DNA of 64,000 nucleotides. It comes from Limisphaerales bacterium. GTDB lineage: Bacteria > Verrucomicrobiota > Verrucomicrobiia > Limisphaerales > SIBE01. Positions 59,367 through 64,000 of the stretch are shown one piece after another. The stretch is from the NCBI GenBank assembly GCA_044225505.1, contig JBGAIN010000028.1:1-64000 (forward strand), in the 5' to 3' direction. Numbering within the stretch: position 1 is the stretch's first letter; each line of letters opens with the position of its first letter. The notes beneath the pieces are model-generated. The model searched no databases and was not told the DNA's origin. It saw only the letters and a program-made list of their open reading frames with translations. Position numbers and translations under genes: made by a program.

Positions 59367-60656
59367 TCAACGGACGACTTGGAGATCGGGTTCGGCGTGG
59401 GGCTGGTATGTGCCGCTGCCGACCAAGCGTTCGAAGATTGGCGAAGCCATGAGAGTCGTTACCACCGCCATAATGACCAGCACCGCAAATAGACCTTCCG
59501 AAATAATGCCACGCTGCAGCCCGATGTTAATAATAATGAGTTCCATTAGACCGCGAGCGTTCATCAAGGTGCCGATCCCCAGGGCTTCGCGGTTAGAAAC
59601 ACCGGTGGCGCGTGCGGCCAGCCAGCACGCGACTCCTTTGCCCAAGACAGCTGCGACGAGCACGGCTCCGCACATCAGCCAAAGAAACCCGGTATTCAAC
59701 AAGGCAATTTTGGTATTCAACCCAGAGTAAGTGAAGAAGAGCGGAAGGAGCAGTGCCACGGTTAGCTGTTGCACACGTCCGATTAAGTCACGCGTCACAG
59801 CTCCGCGCGGCATTGCCGCTCCCATGACGAATGCCCCGAACACAGCGTGCAGACCGATCAGATCGGTAAACCAAGCCCCTAACGCCATCAAAGCAATTCC
59901 CAGGACGAGTCCGGCTTCGGATAATGTACTGTTCTTCACCAGCAATGGCTGCATCCGCTTGAGCAACGGACGTATGCAGCCGAGCGTCAGCAGGACGTAA
60001 CCCGCGCCGCCAAGAATATTGATACACGCCCGGCTCCAGTTTTGGTCAAAGCTGGCCAACACCACGGCAAGCAAGCACCAAGCGGTCGCGTCGTCTAGTG
60101 CGCCAGCGCCCAGAGCCACCGTTCCCATGGTCGTGCCGGCTAGCTTTTTAAAATGAATAATCCGCGCAAGCATTGGGAAGGCAGTGATGCACATGGACGC
60201 TCCTAAAAATAGCATCGCCTCCATCATTGAGGTTTTCTTAGGAAAGAGCTCCGGGGAATGGTAAAACACCCAAGCCAAACCCACTCCCAGCACGAACGGC
60301 GCTGCCATGCCCGCAAATGAGACCGCAATGGAACTCCGCAACCGCTTGCGGACGATGTCCATCCGGAATTCCATCCCCACGACGAACATGTAAAGTGCCA
60401 AACCGAGTTGCGAGGCGGGAAATAGGTAGCTCTGAGTGTCTCGCATCTTTTGGGTGGGGTCCCAAGGGAAAAGCCACTGTTGTGCGCCAGGCCAAAACAG
60501 ACCAAAAAGGGACGGCCCTAGCAAGACCCCCGCCAGCATCTCGGCAACAACTTGAGGCTGTCCGAAGCGCGCCGCTATCGCTCCGACAAGCCTACAAAAG
60601 AGCAGGATGACCGGTATCTGAAGGAAAAACTGGACAGCCAACTGGACGTTATTCAT
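59367..60656 (-). CDS. Cation:proton antiporter (CPA2 family)
   Basis: GQPQVVAEMLAGVLLGPS, ITAFPMLARI, GALDDATAW, IGLHAVFGAF, LMNARGLMELI. Confidence 0.95.
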   Translation of the reverse strand: MNNVQLAVQFFLQIPVILLFCRLVGAIAARFGQPQVVAEMLAGVLLGPSLFGLFWPGAQQWLFPWDPTQKMRDTQSYLFPASQLGLALYMFVVGMEFRMDIVRKRLRSSIAVSFAGMAAPFVLGVGLAWVFYHSPELFPKKTSMMEAMLFLGASMCITAFPMLARIIHFKKLAGTTMGTVALGAGALDDATAWCLLAVVLASFDQNWSRACINILGGAGYVLLTLGCIRPLLKRMQPLLVKNSTLSEAGLVLGIALMALGAWFTDLIGLHAVFGAFVMGAAMPRGAVTRDLIGRVQQLTVALLLPLFFTYSGLNTKIALLNTGFLWLMCGAVLVAAVLGKGVACWLAARATGVSNREALGIGTLMNARGLMELIIINIGLQRGIISEGLFAVLVIMAVVTTLMASPIFERLVGSGTYQPHAEPDLQVVR

Positions 60657-60937
60657 TCGAAAACGGGTTTCCCTGTGTCGATGCCCAAAGTTACCCGCCC
60701 CGACTCTATCTGCGCAAACGGTATTTTGAATGCGAATGCGATCACACTCGCCGAGGTCGAGAGAGTGGGTGTCGAGTCAAAATGTGCCTTCAGACTGCGC
60801 CCCCCTCCTCCGGCAGCGTCCTTGGGGATGCCACGTTCGAGCCGTGCCGACGCTGTCCAGCAGAATTAGCCATCCCTGCCTGGACCTCACCTCCGGCTTG
60901 CCAGGTCCGTTGTTCCCTGCTCTAATATCCGACAGCC

Positions 60938-63900
60938 ATGTTTCCCGGTTTCGCTTCGAGCGTCGTTTTCTTTGTCCGACGCATCATCTCAAAGAGTGTT
61001 CCCTCGTCTGAACTCCGACCGCGCCACCAACGGAGATACGGGCTCTCGCTTTCCGTGGCACTGGGGCTCATCCCTCTGGCAGCCCAGGAGTTCCCACGTG
61101 GTCCAGGACAACTCGTGCGGATCGAATACGAGGTCGAAACGTTTGGCAGTAACTCCGCCGGTAAGGAGACGAACGTGCTCGGACCAAACGAACCCCTCTC
61201 CATCACGGATTCCACATTTCCCAAAGGAAAATCACTGAGAATTCAGTTCGCCGGCCAACCAGCGGTTCAGCCGATCCTCAACGGAACGATTCGGTTCAAG
61301 AATCTGCCCATCACGACTCCGGAGCGTGACCTGATTACCGGCTTTCAGCCGCCGATGCCCGTAAGCTTGCAGTTTGATGGCAGTTGGTCGAGGACTACGG
61401 ATTTCGGTTACGCCGCTGCACGGATCCTGATGGGGTCGATCCAACCGAGCGCTTGCACATCGCCTCAACCGATCAAAACGGGGCCTCCCATTCCGGTTGG
61501 AAACACTCCGATCACGCTTACCAGCGAGTGCACGTTGAAATCGCTCAGTCAACTGTCGGGCAGTGATCCGCTTGAGGTGGAGGAGCAATTGAGTGGGATT
61601 GTAGACATCATCGCGGGTGACGGTGGTGCGGGCGATAATCCGATCTTCCTTGGCGTCCAGGCTAAAGTGCTGGCGAAGGCTATCTACAGGTCTCGGCTAA
61701 AGCCGAGGATCGAGCTGAATACCAATCGGTTTACGATTCGTTACACAAACGGCGATCCGGTCATCGCGCCACAAACCGTGGTCATGACTAACACAGGGGG
61801 CTTGCCGCTCGAATGGACGGCGACGGTAACGACGACGCCTACTGGCGGCGATTGGATCACCCCGAATTTGAGTTCGGGGACGCTTGATTCCAGAGCTTCA
61901 CTGCCGGTGAACTTAGCGATCGATCCAACTCGACTGGCGCCGGGAGATTACACCGCCACCATTGCCTTCGGCGGCAATTCTTACAACGGCTCGAAGTCCG
62001 TAAATGTCGCGCTCAAAGTCATCGGTGTTCCCAAAATCGCCGTCCATCCGTCGCAACTGGAGTTTTACAATACCGTCGCGCTGCCGCGGCAAATCATCAC
62101 CGTGACGAATTCAGGAACTGCTCCTTTGATTTTCCAAGCGGTTCCCAGCGCGGATGCTAAATGGATTACGATCCTCCCTGCGAGCGACAGTCTGAACCCT
62201 GGCAATGCGCGCGAGATTACGGTCTATGCCCTGCAAACGCCGACGGGAGGAACCCCTCTCACTGCCGGAGACTACCGGGCGACGATTGAATTCAGCCAGT
62301 ATCCCGGCAGCCCGAATGCCTTTGCCCCGACGTCTGTCGATGTCACATTTCATGTGCTCGACCCTAAGGATCAGCTGACCCTTTCAGATCCCCAACCTTC
62401 CACCGACGTAGCGATTAACCTAAACACGGATTACGACAGTTTCAGTGCGAAAGTGTCCTATCAACTTAGTTCGCGAGCGGAAGCGGACTTGGCGCTCAGA
62501 CTCATTGATGACCAGGGAAATCTTCAGGCGAGTTCAGATTTCATTCGAGTCAAACGCACCGACGGGCGAGTTACGGACCAAGTCATCAGACTTCAAAAAT
62601 TCAAGATTACATCGGACGCCCAAGGCAAGACTCCGGCAAAACTCTTCCTTCGAGCAGTCCTTATTGATCGTGCTTTGGTCACTCCCATACTCTTCACTCC
62701 GGAACAAGATTACGTCTACACCGTGGCTCAGGTTCAACTGGTTGGCCTGGAAGTTAACCAAGTGGTGCAGGACTGGAAAGGGCAAGTCCCTCTGATCGAA
62801 GGCAAGTTGACCATCGTTCGTGCGCACCTTCTTGCCAGCGGCCCGCAGCCGCTCCAGATCCGCGACGCGAAACTACACGGCTCACGCAATGGCGTGGCCC
62901 TTCCGGACTCACCCTTAACGCCACTGAACTTTGGAGCCAAAATCACAGCTTTGCCTCAAGCGCACGCCCGCCGCGACGCCGAGGAATCCAGCGCCAATTT
63001 CCTCATCCCCTTTGAATGGGCGCGAGGAAAACTGGAACTCCGGTTTGAGGCCACCAATGTCGTCTGCCTCGAGGCTGCCGGAACGCCCAAAGATTGTACG
63101 ACTCTCGTCACATTCGTCCCCAGCGGATTACTTGACATCAAGTACCTTAACGTCGCTTGGGAAGATGAGAATGGGTTTACACACGAGGCGAGTTCGTCCG
63201 AGATTGGCAGAGAATTGGATGCCATCACTGCTCGCTTTCCCATGATCGATCCCCGGCGGTTTGACATTCAACGACTGCGTCTCCCAGGATCTGGCACCCC
63301 AAATCCATTGAATGTCACTGCCGAACTCGAGACATTGCGTGCGCGCAACGGCTGCGATGCGGAATGCCATCAGATTTATCTTGGCCTTATCAAAGACCTT
63401 CCTTACGAAGACTTTCTATTAGACGAAGATGTGTCCAATAATTCCCGATCGGGGGTGACTGGCATTCCTGCTGAAACGGCCGGTGGCTTTGGTCGAAGCA
63501 TCGTGGCCCATCGCTTGGCGCTTTTGTTAGGGGTTCCTCACGCCGTCCACGCTTCGCTACCCCCCGGCCCTCTCGACCAGAAAATGGGCTGGTGTGGAGA
63601 GCGCGCCCCCAAAGAAACGCTCGACTATCCTGAGTTCGCCAACCTTGGGGGCTTTGTTTACCCAACGCTCGGTCCGATGGATGCGGGAGACGAGGACCTG
63701 GTGTATGGGGTGCAGGCCTTCCAGGTTCAGTCAGGTCAAGCCGCTGGGGCCCCATCCGTAACCGCTCAGTTGCGGATTTTCAGTCCATTCAACACCTCAG
63801 ACTTGATGAGCCACTGTGGATTTCAAGATGCTCGTCCAGACCGCCTGACTTGGCCCTCGAGATTTACATACTCCGCCCTTCTGAGCGCGATTCGGGCAGG

Positions 63901-64000
63901 CTCCGGGCTAAAATCCCTATCGTCGGCAACTCCCCAGGAAGAATGGATCATCGCTGGAAATATTCGATGGCAGAGTGATACCGCCGAACTTTATCCCGTC
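60938..64000 (+). CDS. Large secreted/surface protein with two BACON-like domains and a degenerate M66-like metallopeptidase domain (3'-truncated by window end)
   Basis: Hand-translated open frame from ATG 60938 to the end (1021 codons, no stop; absent from the ORF track); TNTGGLPLEW...W..P...GTL...LAPGDYTATI repeats; GLEVNQVVQD...VPLIEGKLTIVRAHL; AHRLALLLGVPH; SDLMSHC...TWPSRFTY. Confidence 0.85.
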   Translation, partial: MFPGFASSVVFFVRRIISKSVPSSELRPRHQRRYGLSLSVALGLIPLAAQEFPRGPGQLVRIEYEVETFGSNSAGKETNVLGPNEPLSITDSTFPKGKSLRIQFAGQPAVQPILNGTIRFKNLPITTPERDLITGFQPPMPVSLQFDGSWSRTTDFGYAAARILMGSIQPSACTSPQPIKTGPPIPVGNTPITLTSECTLKSLSQLSGSDPLEVEEQLSGIVDIIAGDGGAGDNPIFLGVQAKVLAKAIYRSRLKPRIELNTNRFTIRYTNGDPVIAPQTVVMTNTGGLPLEWTATVTTTPTGGDWITPNLSSGTLDSRASLPVNLAIDPTRLAPGDYTATIAFGGNSYNGSKSVNVALKVIGVPKIAVHPSQLEFYNTVALPRQIITVTNSGTAPLIFQAVPSADAKWITILPASDSLNPGNAREITVYALQTPTGGTPLTAGDYRATIEFSQYPGSPNAFAPTSVDVTFHVLDPKDQLTLSDPQPSTDVAINLNTDYDSFSAKVSYQLSSRAEADLALRLIDDQGNLQASSDFIRVKRTDGRVTDQVIRLQKFKITSDAQGKTPAKLFLRAVLIDRALVTPILFTPEQDYVYTVAQVQLVGLEVNQVVQDWKGQVPLIEGKLTIVRAHLLASGPQPLQIRDAKLHGSRNGVALPDSPLTPLNFGAKITALPQAHARRDAEESSANFLIPFEWARGKLELRFEATNVVCLEAAGTPKDCTTLVTFVPSGLLDIKYLNVAWEDENGFTHEASSSEIGRELDAITARFPMIDPRRFDIQRLRLPGSGTPNPLNVTAELETLRARNGCDAECHQIYLGLIKDLPYEDFLLDEDVSNNSRSGVTGIPAETAGGFGRSIVAHRLALLLGVPHAVHASLPPGPLDQKMGWCGERAPKETLDYPEFANLGGFVYPTLGPMDAGDEDLVYGVQAFQVQSGQAAGAPSVTAQLRIFSPFNTSDLMSHCGFQDARPDRLTWPSRFTYSALLSAIRAGSGLKSLSSATPQEEWIIAGNIRWQSDTAELYPV

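Overview
64 kb of bacterial chromosomal DNA (roughly 55-60% GC by eye), inferred to be Verrucomicrobiota (Pedosphaera/Limisphaera-like) from the DUF1080, PSD1/cytochrome c-DUF1501, Tat Gfo/Idh/MocA and prepilin/H-X9-DG genes. It looks like a draft or metagenome assembly: there is one N gap and three loci with local indel damage (moeA, dctA, second DUF1501). Housekeeping genes (gltA, ubiE/menG, pilB-like ATPase, moeA, ispH, polyprenyl synthase, rpsU, cca, mntR, dctA) are interleaved with signalling and secreted-protein genes. I found no rRNA, tRNA, CRISPR array or transposase. Most notable: (1) a five-gene operon with ATGA overlaps at every junction, encoding an orphan TolC, two PhnD-like binding proteins, a HAMP/GAF histidine kinase and a hybrid kinase, with no transporter; (2) an apparently secreted, domain-permuted PEP-synthase/PPDK-like protein; (3) an MlaA(VacJ)-lipase fusion resembling a one-gene MlaZ-MlaY system; (4) a >1020-aa ORF missing from the ORF track, with a degenerate zinc-metalloprotease motif; (5) helically phased 11-bp repeat arrays upstream of the pilB-like and prepilin genes; (6) a sigma54-type promoter ahead of an Ig-repeat DUF1800-DUF1501 pair. 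All family calls come from motif recognition by eye; no searches were run.
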